DNA of 64,000 nt from an uncultured Candidatus Entotheonella sp. GTDB lineage: Bacteria; Tectomicrobia; Entotheonellia; Entotheonellales; Entotheonellaceae. The stretch covers positions 1,728,001-1,792,000 of the forward strand of contig CBDCDA010000001.1 of NCBI GenBank assembly GCA_965215335.1. The letters are read 5' to 3'. Below, one piece after another: positions 41,630-53,000 of the stretch. The notes under the pieces are model-generated. The model had not been told where the DNA came from. It ran no database searches and worked only from the letters and a program-made list of their open reading frames with translations. The position numbers were made by a program, and so were the translations under genes. Positions within the stretch are counted from its first letter, which is position 1; every line of letters starts with the position of its first letter.

Positions 41630-42862
41630 CTAAGGCTCCACTTCGTCCACGGCATCGAAAATGTGCCCCAGCTTCTCATGCTTGGTGCGCAGGTACTCGG
41701 CGTTGTGCTTGCCGGGGCGCACCTGAATCGGCACACGCTCGGCCACCTGCAGGCCAAATCCTTCCAGCGCCACCACCTTGCGCGGGTTGTTGGTCAGCAG
41801 ACGCATGCGCCGCACCCCGAGGCGCACCAGAATCTGGGCGCCGGTGCCGTATTCCCGCAGGTCAGCCTTGAAACCGAGGTCTTCGTTGGCCTGCACGGTG
41901 TCGAGACCGCTGTCCTGCAGGGCATAGGCGCGGAGCTTGTTGGCCAGGCCGATGCCGCGGCCCTCCTGGTTGAGATACAGCAGCACACCCTGTCCTGCCT
42001 CGGCAATGAGGCGCAGGGCGCGCTTGAGCTGGGCGCCGCAGTCGCAACGGGACGAGCCGAAGACGTCACCAGTCAGACAGGAGGAATGGATGCGCACCAG
42101 CACGGGTTGCGCCGGGTCGATCTCGCCCTTGACCAGCGCCACGTGCTGTTCCTTGGTGATTTCGTGCTCGAAGATGAGGGCGCGGAACTCGCCGACGTGC
42201 AGCGGCAGGCGGGTTTCGGCCACGGCACGCACCAGCACCTCGCGCTGCATGCGGTAGTGGATCAGGTCCTTGATGGTAACGATCCTGAGCCCGAAGCGCT
42301 CGGCGTAGTCCATCAGTTGCGGCACCCGCGCCATGCTGCCGTCGTCGTGCACGATCTCGCAGATGACGCCCGCCGGCGCCAGGCCGGCCAGACGCGCCAG
42401 ATCGACGGAGCCCTCGGTCTGCCCGGCGCGCTCCAGGACACCGCCGGCGCGGGCGCGCAGAGGGAATATGTGACCGGGGCGCACAAGGTCTTCGGGCTTG
42501 GTCTTGGGATTGACGGCGGTGAGAATGGTGGTGGCGCGGTCGGCGGCGGAAATGCCGGTGGTGACGCCGCGGCGGGCTTCAATGGATATCGTAAACGCGG
42601 TGCCGAAGAGCGACGTGTTCTCGATATCTTCGACCATTTGCGGCACCTGCAACTCGGCCAGGCGTTCCGGAGTCAGCGACAGGCAGATCAGCCCACGCCC
42701 GTGGGTGGCCATGAAATTGATGGCCTCGGGCGTCACCTTCTCCGCCGCCATGGTCAGGTCGCCCTCGTTCTCGCGGTCTTCATCGTCGACCAGGATGACC
42801 ATGCGGCCCTGCCGCATGTCCTCCAAGGCTTCCTCGATGGTGTGAAAATGCCACTCCGTCAC
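41630..42862 (-). CDS. ribBA: Bifunctional DHBP synthase/GTP cyclohydrolase II
   Basis: [51 protein letters not shown]. Confidence 0.96.
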   Translation of the reverse strand: MTEWHFHTIEEALEDMRQGRMVILVDDEDRENEGDLTMAAEKVTPEAINFMATHGRGLICLSLTPERLAELQVPQMVEDIENTSLFGTAFTISIEARRGVTTGISAADRATTILTAVNPKTKPEDLVRPGHIFPLRARAGGVLERAGQTEGSVDLARLAGLAPAGVICEIVHDDGSMARVPQLMDYAERFGLRIVTIKDLIHYRMQREVLVRAVAETRLPLHVGEFRALIFEHEITKEQHVALVKGEIDPAQPVLVRIHSSCLTGDVFGSSRCDCGAQLKRALRLIAEAGQGVLLYLNQEGRGIGLANKLRAYALQDSGLDTVQANEDLGFKADLREYGTGAQILVRLGVRRMRLLTNNPRKVVALEGFGLQVAERVPIQVRPGKHNAEYLRTKHEKLGHIFDAVDEVEP

Positions 42863-44016
42863 GGCGCGCTCTCCTTTCTCCTGTCTGCCTCCGGCGAACA
42901 CGCGGCCCACGCCGGGTAGGCTTCCAGCATGACGTCGCCGCCGACCCGCTGGCTCGTGAGGTCCCGCAATGACAAGGCCCGTTCCATGGTATCGATCCCG
43001 CACGATGCGAAGACGCTGATGCCGTCGCCGCCAATGATTTTCGGTGCCACGAAAAATACCATTTTGTCGATCAGGCGCCGTTCAAGCAAGGCCGCCGTCA
43101 GCACCGCGCCGCCCTCCACAAGCACGCCGGCGACGCCGCGCTCGCCGAGAACCGTGCACAGGGCGTCCAGATCCACCCGGCCGTCGCCGCAAGCCGGCAG
43201 GCAAATCACCTCCACGCCGCGTTCCCGCAATGCCCGCTCCCTGGTATCAGCGGCCTGCTCGGTGGTGGCGATCAGGGTACGCCGGTCCTCCGCCACGTCT
43301 GCAACCTGCGCCCTTGGGGGCAGCCGCAGGGTGCTGTCAACCACGACGCGCAGCGGATTGGCGCCGCGCTGTCCCGGCAAGCGTGTGGTGAGCTGCGGGT
43401 CGTCCTGCAAGACGGTGCCGATGCCCACCATGATCGCATCGTTGGCATGCCGCATCTCATGCCCGGCGGCGCGCGCCGCCGGGCCGGTTATCCAGCGCGA
43501 GGCGCCGCTGCGGGTAGCGATTTTGCCGTCCAGGGTGATGGCGCTCTTGCTGGTGACAAAAGGCCGCCGCGTGGTGATGTACTTGACGAAGACCTCGTTG
43601 CGCCGCCGGGCCTCGGCTTCGCAGACGCCGAGGGTGACTTCAAGACCGGCGCTTTCGAGCCGGGACAGGCCGCCGCCGTCGACCCGCGGGTTCGGATCGC
43701 GCATGGCCATCACCACCCGTCCGATCCGCGCCCGCAGGATGGCGTCGACGCACGGGGGTGTCTTGCCCACGTGGCAGCACGGCTCCAGCGTGACGTAGAG
43801 AACCGCTCCCCTGGCTCGGCAGCCGGCCTCGCGCAGGGCGTGCACCTCGGCGTGCGGGCCGCCAAGACGCTGGTGATAGCCCCGTCCGACGACCTCGCCA
43901 TCCTTGACGACAACGCACCCCACCAACGGATTGGGGCTGACCCGGCCCGTGCCGCCGGCGGCCAGTTCCAGGGCGCTCTGCATATGCCGGACATCGGCGT
44001 CTGGATCAATCGTCAT
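42859..44016 (-). CDS. ribD: Riboflavin biosynthesis deaminase/reductase
   Basis: PNPLVG, HAE, TLEPC.H...PPC, LDGKIAT, VEGG. Confidence 0.96.
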   Translation of the reverse strand: MTIDPDADVRHMQSALELAAGGTGRVSPNPLVGCVVVKDGEVVGRGYHQRLGGPHAEVHALREAGCRARGAVLYVTLEPCCHVGKTPPCVDAILRARIGRVVMAMRDPNPRVDGGGLSRLESAGLEVTLGVCEAEARRRNEVFVKYITTRRPFVTSKSAITLDGKIATRSGASRWITGPAARAAGHEMRHANDAIMVGIGTVLQDDPQLTTRLPGQRGANPLRVVVDSTLRLPPRAQVADVAEDRRTLIATTEQAADTRERALRERGVEVICLPACGDGRVDLDALCTVLGERGVAGVLVEGGAVLTAALLERRLIDKMVFFVAPKIIGGDGISVFASCGIDTMERALSLRDLTSQRVGGDVMLEAYPAWAACSPEADRRKESAP

Positions 44017-46669
44017 GCCAGGCGGACCCTTCCTCGGCGGCCAACGCTTCGCGCAACGCCGCCTGGGCCGCGGCCAGCCGGGCAATCGGCACCCGGAATG
44101 GCGAGCAACTGACGTAATCCATATCGACGCGATGACAAAACGCCACCGACAACGGCTCGCCGCCGTGCTCGCCGCAGATGCCGACCTTGAGATCGGGTCT
44201 TGCGCCTCGGCCGCGCTCGATTCCCATGTTGATCAGCTCTCCTACGCCCTCCTCGTCGAGCACGACAAAGGGATCGTGCTGCAGAATGCGGCGGTCGATG
44301 TAGGGCGGCAGGAACATGCCGGCGTCGTCGCGGCTCAGCCCCAGAGCGGTTTGCGTCAGGTCGTTGGTGCCGTATGAGAAGAACTCCGCCTCGCGGGCAA
44401 TGGCAGCGGCGGTGAGGACAGCCCGGGGCAGTTCGATCATGGTGCCGATGAGATACCTCAGCCGCACCCCCTGAGCCTGCATCACCTGCTCGGCCACGGC
44501 CTGCACGTGGCGCTTGACGATGGCCAGTTCCTCCACGTGGCCGACGAGCGGCACCATGATTTCGAGTTCCACCTCGATGCCCTCGCGCTTCAGCTCGCAG
44601 GCCGCTTCCATCGCGGCGCGCACCTGCATGCGGTAAATGTCGGGATCGGTAATTCCCAGGCGACAACCGCGGTGCCCGAGCATGGGGTTGGATTCCCGCA
44701 TGTCCTCCACCCGGCGGCGCACCTCGCGGGCCGGACGGCGCATGTAGGCCGCCAGCTCGCCGATTTCCTCCAGCGCCTGCGGCAGGAATTCGTGCAGCGG
44801 CGGGTCCAGCAGGCGGATGGTGACCGGCAGGCCGTGCATGATGCGCAGGATGGCCTTGAAGTCATCCTTCTGCATGGGCAGGATTTGCGCCAGGGCTTCC
44901 TGCCGAGTCTCGTCGGTGTTGGCTACGATCATCTGGCGCACCGCCATGAGCCGGTCTTCGGCGAAAAACATGTGCTCGGTGCGGCACAGGCCAATGCCCT
45001 CGGCGCCGAAGCGGCGGGCGATGTCGGCGTCCTCCGGCGTGTCGGCATTGCAGCGTACCCCGAGGCGACGAAAACCGTCGGCCCACTTCATCAACTCGGC
45101 GAAGTCCCCGCCAAGGTCGGCCTCGACCAGCGGCGCCTGCCCCAGGATGACCTGGCCGGTCGAGCCGTCCAGCGTCAGCGCGTCGCCGGCCTGGATCATC
45201 TGGTCACCGATACGGCAGTAGCCGGCGCTCTCGTCGATGACCAGAGCGCGGCAGCCGACGATGCAGCACTTGCCCATGCCGCGCGCCACCACCGCGGCGT
45301 GGCTGGTCATGCCGCCGCGCGCCGTCAGGATGCCTTGGGCGGCATGCATGCCGCGGATGTCCTCGGGCGACGTCTCGTTGCGGATGAGCAGGACACGGGC
45401 GCCGGTTTCCTGCCGCCGCACGGCGTCCTCGGCGGTAAACACGGCCTGGCCGCTCGCCGCTCCCGGCGATGCCGGCAGCCCCCGGCCCAGGACCTGCGGC
45501 GACGCCTGCGGGTCGATCATGGGGTGCAACAACTGGTCGATCTGCGCCGGTTGCACGCGCATCACCGCCTCGCGGCTGTCGATCAGCCCCTCGTGTACCA
45601 TCTCCACCGCGATGCGCACGGCGGCCGGCGCCGTGCGCTTGCCGGACCGTGTTTGCAACAGGTACAGGGTGCCATGCTGCACGGTGAACTCGATGTCCTG
45701 CATGTCGCGGTAATGCTGTTCCAGCCGCTGGCACACCTGCGTCAGCTCGGCATGAATGCCGGGGAAGCGATGGCGCAGCGCCATCAGCGGCTTCGGGTCA
45801 CGAATGCCGGCCACCACGTCCTCGCCCTGCGCGTTGGGCAGGAATTCGCCGAACAGGTATTTCTCGCCGCTCGACGGGTCGCGGGTGAACACCACCCCGG
45901 TGCCGGAATCCTCGCCGCGGTTGCCGAACACCATGGCCTGCACGTTCACCGCCGTGCCCCAGTCGTCGGGAATGCCGTGCAGGCGCCGGTAGGCGGCGGC
46001 ACGATCATTGTGCCAGGAGGCGAACACGGCATGGATGCCGAGCCGCAGCTGATCCCACGGCCGATGCGGGAAGGCCCGCCCGGTCACGTCCTGCACCCGC
46101 GCCTTCATCACGGCAACAAGGTCGCGCAGCGCCTCGGCGCTGAGTTCGTTGTCGCTGGTCACCCGGTGCTGCGTCTTGGCCTCGTCGAGCAGCGCCTCGA
46201 GCACGTCGTGCTGCACGCCCATCACCACGTTGCTGAACATGGTGACGAAACGGCGGTAGGAATCGTAGGCAAAACGCGGGTTGCCCGACGCGGCGCCGAG
46301 GGCCTCGACCGTCCGGTCGTTGAGGCCGATGTTGAGGACCGTATCCATCATGCCCGGCATGGAATCGCGGGCGCCCGAGCGCACCGACAGCAGCAGGGGG
46401 TTGTTCGGCCCGCCGAACGTTGCGCCCACCGAGCGCTCGACGCATCCCAGGGCCGTCAGCACCTCGTCCCACAGGCCGTCGGGGTAGCGATTGCCCAAGG
46501 CGTAGTAGGCCAGGCAGGCCGCCGTTGACAGGGTGAAGCCAGGCGGCACGCGAATGCCCAGGGTGGTCATTTCGGCAAGCCCGGCGCCCTTGCCGCCCAG
46601 CAGGTTGCGCCAGTCGCCCCGGCCCTCGGCCGTGCCGTCCGCGAACAGGTAAACGTACTTCTCAGGCAT
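44006..46669 (-). CDS. ppdK: Pyruvate, phosphate dikinase
   Basis: LLGGKGA, SVRSGA..SMPGMMDT, GGMTSHAAVVARG, GLCRTEHMF, GTNDLTQ, GEHGG. Confidence 0.97.
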   Translation of the reverse strand: MPEKYVYLFADGTAEGRGDWRNLLGGKGAGLAEMTTLGIRVPPGFTLSTAACLAYYALGNRYPDGLWDEVLTALGCVERSVGATFGGPNNPLLLSVRSGARDSMPGMMDTVLNIGLNDRTVEALGAASGNPRFAYDSYRRFVTMFSNVVMGVQHDVLEALLDEAKTQHRVTSDNELSAEALRDLVAVMKARVQDVTGRAFPHRPWDQLRLGIHAVFASWHNDRAAAYRRLHGIPDDWGTAVNVQAMVFGNRGEDSGTGVVFTRDPSSGEKYLFGEFLPNAQGEDVVAGIRDPKPLMALRHRFPGIHAELTQVCQRLEQHYRDMQDIEFTVQHGTLYLLQTRSGKRTAPAAVRIAVEMVHEGLIDSREAVMRVQPAQIDQLLHPMIDPQASPQVLGRGLPASPGAASGQAVFTAEDAVRRQETGARVLLIRNETSPEDIRGMHAAQGILTARGGMTSHAAVVARGMGKCCIVGCRALVIDESAGYCRIGDQMIQAGDALTLDGSTGQVILGQAPLVEADLGGDFAELMKWADGFRRLGVRCNADTPEDADIARRFGAEGIGLCRTEHMFFAEDRLMAVRQMIVANTDETRQEALAQILPMQKDDFKAILRIMHGLPVTIRLLDPPLHEFLPQALEEIGELAAYMRRPAREVRRRVEDMRESNPMLGHRGCRLGITDPDIYRMQVRAAMEAACELKREGIEVELEIMVPLVGHVEELAIVKRHVQAVAEQVMQAQGVRLRYLIGTMIELPRAVLTAAAIAREAEFFSYGTNDLTQTALGLSRDDAGMFLPPYIDRRILQHDPFVVLDEEGVGELINMGIERGRGARPDLKVGICGEHGGEPLSVAFCHRVDMDYVSCSPFRVPIARLAAAQAALREALAAEEGSAWHDD

Positions 46670-47921
46670 GACGCCTCCCAGGCGCATCGGGGCCATCGAG
46701 ATGGAATGCGGCGTGCAGAACCCGCACCGCCAACTCGGCGTACTTGTCAGCGATGACGCACGAAATTTTGATTTCGGAGGTGCTGATCATCACGATGTTG
46801 ATGTTTTCCGCCGCCAAGGCGCGGAACATGCGCGCTGCCACGCCGGCGTGGCTCTGCATGCCGACGCCGACGATCGACACCTTGGCAATGCCGCTCTCCA
46901 GGGTGACGCCCTCGGCGCCGATTTCCGCCAGACTCTGGCGGGCGATGGTCAGCGTCTGGCGGGCGTCGGCGCGCGCCACCGTGAACGAAATGTCCGTCAG
47001 GCCGCCCGCGCTGGCGTTCTGAATGATCATGTCCACCACGATGCCTGCCTCGGCGATGCGCCCGAACAGACTGCCGGCGATGCCGGGCCGGTCGGGCAGG
47101 CGGGTCAGGCTGATCTTGGCCTGGTTGCTGTCCGACGTGACGCCGGTAACGACCACGCGCTCCATATCCTGATCGGGTCTGGTGACCAAGGTCCCACTTC
47201 CTTCGGCAAATGACGATTTGACCCACAACGGCACATCGTGCGCCTTGGCGAACTCGACGGCGCGGGCCTGCAGCACCTTGGCGCCCAGGCGCGCCATTTC
47301 GAGCATTTCGTCGTAGGAAACGCGGTCCAGGCGGCGGGCCTGCGGCACCAGGCTGGGGTCGGCGGTATATACCCCGTCCACGTCGGTATAAATTTCGCAG
47401 CTGTCGGCCTTGAGAGCCGCGGCCAGGGCCACCGCGGTGAGATCGGAGCCGCCGCGCCCCAGGGTCGTGAGTTCGTCGCTTTCGCTGATACCCTGAAAAC
47501 CGGCGACCACCGGAATGACCCCGGCAGACAGGTCGCGCTGCAGGCGTGTGGTGGCGATGCTGCGAATACGGGCGTGCGTGTGGGTGCCGTCGGTAACGAT
47601 GCCCCCCTGCATGCCGGTGAAGGAACGGGCCGCACAGCCGGCTTCTTGCAGGGCCATGGCGACCAGGGCAATGGACACCATTTCGCCGGTAGCGAGGAGC
47701 ATGTCGACTTCGCGTGCCGCCGGCATCGTGGTGATCTCCTGCGCCATGCCGAGCAGGCGATCGGTCTCGCCGGCCATGGCCGACACGACCACCACCACCT
47801 GGTTGCCGGCTCGATGCACACGCCGCACGCGCTCGGCGAGCGCCCGGATGCGGTCCACATTCCCCACCGAGGTGCCGCCGTATTTCTGTACGACAAACCC
47901 CGCGTTCGCCACGCCCGTCAC
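46662..47921 (-). CDS. lysC: Aspartate kinase
   Basis: QKYGGTSV, TTLGRGGSD, YTDVDG, ACT domains, STSEIKIS. Confidence 0.96.
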   Translation of the reverse strand: MTGVANAGFVVQKYGGTSVGNVDRIRALAERVRRVHRAGNQVVVVVSAMAGETDRLLGMAQEITTMPAAREVDMLLATGEMVSIALVAMALQEAGCAARSFTGMQGGIVTDGTHTHARIRSIATTRLQRDLSAGVIPVVAGFQGISESDELTTLGRGGSDLTAVALAAALKADSCEIYTDVDGVYTADPSLVPQARRLDRVSYDEMLEMARLGAKVLQARAVEFAKAHDVPLWVKSSFAEGSGTLVTRPDQDMERVVVTGVTSDSNQAKISLTRLPDRPGIAGSLFGRIAEAGIVVDMIIQNASAGGLTDISFTVARADARQTLTIARQSLAEIGAEGVTLESGIAKVSIVGVGMQSHAGVAARMFRALAAENINIVMISTSEIKISCVIADKYAELAVRVLHAAFHLDGPDAPGRRHA

Positions 47922-49237
47922 GCCTCCATGGCATCTTCGACGCGGATGCGGGTGGTCTCGCCCTGCACCGCCGGCAGGCTGGCGATCGCCTGAAGCGCTC
48001 GCTGCACGCTCTGCTCGCGCGCCTCGTGGGTCATCATGACGACGGAAACCGGTGTGCCCGGGGCGTGCGCCCGGCCCTTTTGCAGCACCGACTCGATGCT
48101 GATGGCGTGCCGGCCGAGGATGCCAGCGATGGCGGCCAGGGTGCCGGGCTGATCGAGCACCTGAAACCGCAGGTAGCAGCGGCAGACGACCTCGTCGATC
48201 TTTTGCAACGGGAGTTGCCGCAGGCTGCTTTCCTGGTAGCCGCGCGGCGGCACCCGCCCGCCGCTGCCCTGCAGAACGCTGCGCGCCACGTCCACCACGT
48301 CACCGACCACCGCGCTGCCGGTCGGCATGGCCCCGGCGCCGCGGCCGATCAGCATGCTGCGGCCCACGGCGTCGCCCTGAATAGATACCGCGTTGTGGAC
48401 ACCGTTCACGTGGGCCAGCCAACTGTCCAGCGCCACGAAGGCCGGGTGCACGCGCACGTCGAGTCGATTCCCAGCCATCTTGGCGAGTGCCAGCAGCTTG
48501 ACGCGGTAACCCAACTCGCTGGCATAGGCGACATCCAACCGACTGAGGCCGCCGATGCCCTCGGTGTAGACCTGTTCGTGCGGCACCCACGAGCCGAAGG
48601 CCAGCGAGGCGAGCAGGGCGATCTTCTGCGCAGCGTCGATCCCCGCGATGTCGAAATGTGGCTCGGCCTCGGCGTACCCCAGGGCTTGTGCATTCTTCAG
48701 GGCCTCGGCAAAATCGAGGTCTTCGTCGCTCATCCGGCTCAGGATGTAGTTGCAGGTGCCGTTGATGATGCTGGCGATGGCACCGAAGCGGTTGGCGACA
48801 AAGCCTTCCCTGATGGCGCGGATCACCGGAATGCCGCCGCCGACGCTGGCCTCGAAGCCGATGTCGCGTCCCGCCGCGGCTGCCGCCTCGAAGAGTTCCT
48901 GCCCGTGTTCGGCCAGAAGCGCCTTGTTGGCCGTCACCACGTGCTTGCCGGCCCGCAGGGCCGCCAGCAGGTAGGTGCGCGCCGGCTCGTAGCCGCCTAT
49001 CAGCTCGACCACGATGTCGATTTCCGGATCGTGGATGACCGCCAGCGCGTCACCGGTCACCCGGTCCGCCGACAGCGGCACATCGCTCGGGCGCTCGGGG
49101 TGCCGCCGCGCGGCACGTTTCAGCACCAGGCGCGCGCCCAGCCGATGCGTGATCAGATCAGCCCGCTGCGCCAGGATGGTGGCCACGCCGCCCCCAACGT
49201 TTCCCAGACCGATGAGCCCTACCTGAATGGTCTGCAT
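47918..49237 (-). CDS. hom: Homoserine dehydrogenase
   Basis: GLGNVG, VTANKAL, FEASVGGGIP, NGTCNYIL, GYAEA, ACT domain. Confidence 0.96.
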   Translation of the reverse strand: MQTIQVGLIGLGNVGGGVATILAQRADLITHRLGARLVLKRAARRHPERPSDVPLSADRVTGDALAVIHDPEIDIVVELIGGYEPARTYLLAALRAGKHVVTANKALLAEHGQELFEAAAAAGRDIGFEASVGGGIPVIRAIREGFVANRFGAIASIINGTCNYILSRMSDEDLDFAEALKNAQALGYAEAEPHFDIAGIDAAQKIALLASLAFGSWVPHEQVYTEGIGGLSRLDVAYASELGYRVKLLALAKMAGNRLDVRVHPAFVALDSWLAHVNGVHNAVSIQGDAVGRSMLIGRGAGAMPTGSAVVGDVVDVARSVLQGSGGRVPPRGYQESSLRQLPLQKIDEVVCRCYLRFQVLDQPGTLAAIAGILGRHAISIESVLQKGRAHAPGTPVSVVMMTHEAREQSVQRALQAIASLPAVQGETTRIRVEDAMEA

Positions 49238-49260
49238 GGGTTTTCCGGTCTCCCGTGCTG

Positions 49261-50442
49261 TCACAGCAGCCCGCGCAGCCCGCGCAGGGCCTGACGGGTG
49301 CGGTGGGCGTTCTCTACCAGCGCAAAGCGCACGTGAGCGTTGCCGCCCGCGCCGAATCCGATGCCGGGCGCCACCGCCACCTTGGCCCGATGCAGCACAT
49401 GTTTGGCGAACTCCAGCGATCCCATGGCCTGATACGCCTCGGGGATCCTGGCCCACACGAACATCGTGCCCTGCGGTTTCGCCACCGGCCAGCCGATACG
49501 CTGCAACCCGTCGACCAGCGTGTTGCGCCGCTGGCAGTAATTCTCGCAGATCGCTTTGGCCTCTTCCGTCAACTCGTTCAACGCCACCGTGCTGGCGATC
49601 TGTATCGGCTGGAAGATCCCGTAGTCCAGGTAGCTCTTGATCTTGCGCAATGCTCCCACCAGATCCGGATTGCCCAGGGCAAAGCCGACGCGCCAGCCGG
49701 GCATATTGAAGCTCTTCGACAGCGAGAAAAATTCAATGCCGACCTCGATAGCCCCCGGCGCCTGCAGCAGACTGGGCGCCTGGTAGCCGTCGAAGACGAG
49801 GTCGGCGTAGGCAAAATCGTGCACCACGATCAGCCCCGTGCGGCGCGCGAAATCCACCACCTGGGCGAAAAAGTCGAGATCGACGCATACCGTCGTCGGG
49901 TTGTGCGGGAAGTTGAGCACCAGGATTTTCGGGCGCGGCCGGTGCCGTTCGCAGGTCGCTTTCAGACTCTCAAGCAGGTGCGCCGGGGAGGTAAACGGCA
50001 CGGGCAGGATGTCGCCGTTGGCAAACACCGGGCCATACATGTGGATGGGGTAGGCCGGGGTCGGCACCAGCACCACGTCGCCGGGATTGACGATGGCCCA
50101 CATAAGGTGCGCGAAGCCTTCCTTGACGCCGATGGTCGCCACCACGTTGTTGTCGCTATCGACGTCAACGCCGAACCGCCGCCGGTAGTAGTCCGCGATG
50201 GCCAGGCGGAGCTTGCCGATGCCGCGAGAGGCCGAGTAACGGTGGTTGTGGGGCCTTCGGACTGCCTCGCACAGCTTGTCGATGACGGGTTGGGGCGGCG
50301 GGTCGCTGGGGTTGCCCATGCCGAAATCGATGATGTCCTCACCGGCGCGGCGTGCGGCGAGCTTGAGTTCGTCAACGATGGCGAAAACGTAGGGGGGGAG
50401 GCGGTCGATGCGTTCGAAGTGCGGGCTGTCCTGCGTTTTCAA
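49261..50442 (-). CDS. alaC: AlaC-like class I/II aminotransferase
   Basis: RLPPYVF, DFGMGNP, YS.SRGI, SLSKSFNMPGWRVGF, KSYLDYG. Confidence 0.82.
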   Translation of the reverse strand: MKTQDSPHFERIDRLPPYVFAIVDELKLAARRAGEDIIDFGMGNPSDPPPQPVIDKLCEAVRRPHNHRYSASRGIGKLRLAIADYYRRRFGVDVDSDNNVVATIGVKEGFAHLMWAIVNPGDVVLVPTPAYPIHMYGPVFANGDILPVPFTSPAHLLESLKATCERHRPRPKILVLNFPHNPTTVCVDLDFFAQVVDFARRTGLIVVHDFAYADLVFDGYQAPSLLQAPGAIEVGIEFFSLSKSFNMPGWRVGFALGNPDLVGALRKIKSYLDYGIFQPIQIASTVALNELTEEAKAICENYCQRRNTLVDGLQRIGWPVAKPQGTMFVWARIPEAYQAMGSLEFAKHVLHRAKVAVAPGIGFGAGGNAHVRFALVENAHRTRQALRGLRGLL

Positions 50443-50462
50443 AAACTCGACTCCTAGCCGCC

Positions 50463-51128
50463 TCAGTCCCTCGTGAGCATCGCGTCCGGCGTCCCCAGTT
50501 TCTCCAGCGTCAGATTAGCCGTGGCACGGTCGGCAAATTTGCCGACTTTGACCCGGTACCACAACGGTTGACCCGGGGCCTCAAACGGGTGGACATAGGC
50601 ACGGTAACCTTTCCTGGTTAGCTCCTCGATAAGGCGTTCGGCGCGCTCCGGGGCGAGAAAGCTTGCCACTTGGACACTATAAGTTGCCACCACTGACTCA
50701 TCGGTGACCAAAGAGAAAGCGTTGGCCGGGTCCGATTCCTGCGGGTCCAGGCTTGTTTCTCGCGCCATGACAGCGGGTGCCGGAGACATTGGAATCGAGG
50801 CTGGTTCCGGCGCCCGAATCGTTCCAGTCACCGGAATCATTTTGGCCGGCTGTGTCAGCGCATCGTAAAAGGTCAGCGATTCTTCTTCCCATGCAGCGCT
50901 CGAAACCTGCTCTTGCCCTGAAGACCCGACGGTTGGCGGTTTTTTGACAGCGTAAGGGCTGATCTGCTCGCTGGCCTTGTACCCCATGCCGACGATGAAC
51001 CCGGCACCGAACACGACCATGCATCCGACCAGCGACACGCAAGACACCAATCCGATATGCTTTGGCTTCACATAGAACCCGGCGCGCCATCCACCGCGGG
51101 GTACCTGTTTGGCTGTATGTTCCACCAT
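50463..51128 (-). CDS. SPOR-domain membrane protein (FtsN/DedD-like)
   Basis: N-terminal TM, LTFYDAL, YSVQVASF...WYRVKVG; downstream of argS. Confidence 0.85.
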   Translation of the reverse strand: MVEHTAKQVPRGGWRAGFYVKPKHIGLVSCVSLVGCMVVFGAGFIVGMGYKASEQISPYAVKKPPTVGSSGQEQVSSAAWEEESLTFYDALTQPAKMIPVTGTIRAPEPASIPMSPAPAVMARETSLDPQESDPANAFSLVTDESVVATYSVQVASFLAPERAERLIEELTRKGYRAYVHPFEAPGQPLWYRVKVGKFADRATANLTLEKLGTPDAMLTRD

Positions 51129-51155
51129 GCTGGTCTCCAGTCAGAGCGAGAGGGG

Positions 51156-52892
51156 TTACATCGCCTCAGGCGCAGGGACACCCAGAAGCTTCAATCCGTT
51201 ACAGAGGACCGTCCGCACCGCAGCGGTCAGGGCTACCCGCGCCACCGTCAGAGCCGTGGCGTCCGGCCGCAGAATACGCCGGCCGGGGTCCTTGTTGCCG
51301 CGCGTCCAATAGCTGTTGAAATCGGCGGCAATGGCGAGCAGGTGCTGCGCCACCACCGAAGGCTCCCACGTTCGCGCCGCTTCCGTCACGGCGGCAGGAT
51401 AGGCCGCGAGTTTGCGTACCAGGGCGCGTTCTTCCGGCTGCTGCAACAGCTCGTACAACGGCTCGATGCCGGCGGTTTCCGGTGCCGCCGCCAGCACGCT
51501 GGCACAGCGTGCCTGTGTGTACTGCATGTACGGCCCGGTTTCTCCCTGCGGGTTGAGAATGGCTTCCTGATCGAACTTCACGTCACGTGCCCGGCGGTTC
51601 TTGAGATCGTTGAAGATCACCGCGCCGATGCCGACCTGCTGCGCCACCAGCTCGGCATCGGACAGGTCCGGATTGCTCGCCGCCATCTTCTCGCGCGCCA
51701 TGCGGATGGCCGCCTCCAGGACGGTTTTGAGCAGCGAGGCGTTCCCCTGCCGGGTGGAGCCCTTTTCCCACTTGCCGCTCGCCGGGTTGCGTTGCAGCAC
51801 AAGACCGAAGGGAACATGATGACAGTGCGCCGCCCACTCGAAACCGGCGAGATCCAGAACCTTGAACAACTGCGCAAAGTGCAGGCTCTGCCCCATGTCC
51901 ACGACGTACAGGCAGGTATCGAAGCGCCACTCGCGCCTGCGGTAGAGCACCGTCGCCAGGTCGCGCGTGCTGTACAGGGTAGCGCCATCCTGTTTTTTGA
52001 GCAAACACGGCGGCATGTCGTAGTCCGACAGATCGACCACCAGGGCGCCTCGACTCTCGGTCAGCAAGCCACGCGCCCGCAATTCGGCAAGGGCGTCGTC
52101 CATGTACGGCTCGAAGAAGGACTCGCCCAGGGTGTGCTCGAACGACACGCCGAGCAGGTCGTAGACTTTGTCGAACTCGGCCAGCGACACGTCGACGAAC
52201 CGGCGCCAGTGCGCGCGCGCCTGCGGGTCACCCGCCTCCAGGCGCTGGAACCAGCGCCGGCCCGCGGCGGCGAAGTCGGCATCGGCCCTGGCTTCGTTGT
52301 GCGCCCGCACATACAGGGCGTTGAGCTGTACGATGTCCTCGACGGGCGCCGCATCGTCCCATCCGAAGCGCTCGTAGGCGGCGATGAGCAACCCGAACGG
52401 CGTGCCCCAATCGCCCAGGTGGTTGTCGCCCTCGACCGTGTAGCCGCGCGCTTGCAGAATCTGCTTCAGGGCATGCCCGATCATGGTCGAGCGGATGTGA
52501 TGAAAGGCCAGTTCCTTGGCGATGTTCGGGCTGGAGTAATCGATCACCACCTTCTTGCCGCGCCCCTCGTCCCCGTAGCCGTAGCGCTCCCCTTCGCGGG
52601 CGATGGTCTGCAGCACCTCGCGGCTGAGAATGTCGTCATCCAGCGTGAAGTTGAGGTAGGGTCCATGGGCAGCCACGGTGGCAACCGGGGCGGTGAGGAT
52701 GAGTTCCTGGGCGAGTTGGGCGGCGATTTGCTGCGGCGATTGGCGCCAAGCCTCGGCAAGGGTGAAACAGGGAAAGGCGAAATCACCCCATGCGGTTTCG
52801 GGAGGGATGCGCAGCATGGCGGCAATGGTCTCGGCGGGCTGCCCCAAGGACTCGGTGAGACACTTGGCAATGGCTTCTTTATAAGCCTCCAC
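51156..52892 (-). CDS. argS: Arginine--tRNA ligase
   Basis: GDFAFPCF, GPYLNF, DYSSPNIAK, HLGDWG, DG.TLY.TRDL, GETGPYMQY. Confidence 0.95.
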   Translation of the reverse strand: MEAYKEAIAKCLTESLGQPAETIAAMLRIPPETAWGDFAFPCFTLAEAWRQSPQQIAAQLAQELILTAPVATVAAHGPYLNFTLDDDILSREVLQTIAREGERYGYGDEGRGKKVVIDYSSPNIAKELAFHHIRSTMIGHALKQILQARGYTVEGDNHLGDWGTPFGLLIAAYERFGWDDAAPVEDIVQLNALYVRAHNEARADADFAAAGRRWFQRLEAGDPQARAHWRRFVDVSLAEFDKVYDLLGVSFEHTLGESFFEPYMDDALAELRARGLLTESRGALVVDLSDYDMPPCLLKKQDGATLYSTRDLATVLYRRREWRFDTCLYVVDMGQSLHFAQLFKVLDLAGFEWAAHCHHVPFGLVLQRNPASGKWEKGSTRQGNASLLKTVLEAAIRMAREKMAASNPDLSDAELVAQQVGIGAVIFNDLKNRRARDVKFDQEAILNPQGETGPYMQYTQARCASVLAAAPETAGIEPLYELLQQPEERALVRKLAAYPAAVTEAARTWEPSVVAQHLLAIAADFNSYWTRGNKDPGRRILRPDATALTVARVALTAAVRTVLCNGLKLLGVPAPEAM

Positions 52893-53000
52893 GGGGCTCC
52901 TTCACAGACCTGCTTGCGTGGTTGTCCAATCAGCGCTGACGGTGGTGGGAGCATACAACATAAAGGCTGGCATGAAAAGGCAGGGATGCGGACGCATCGC

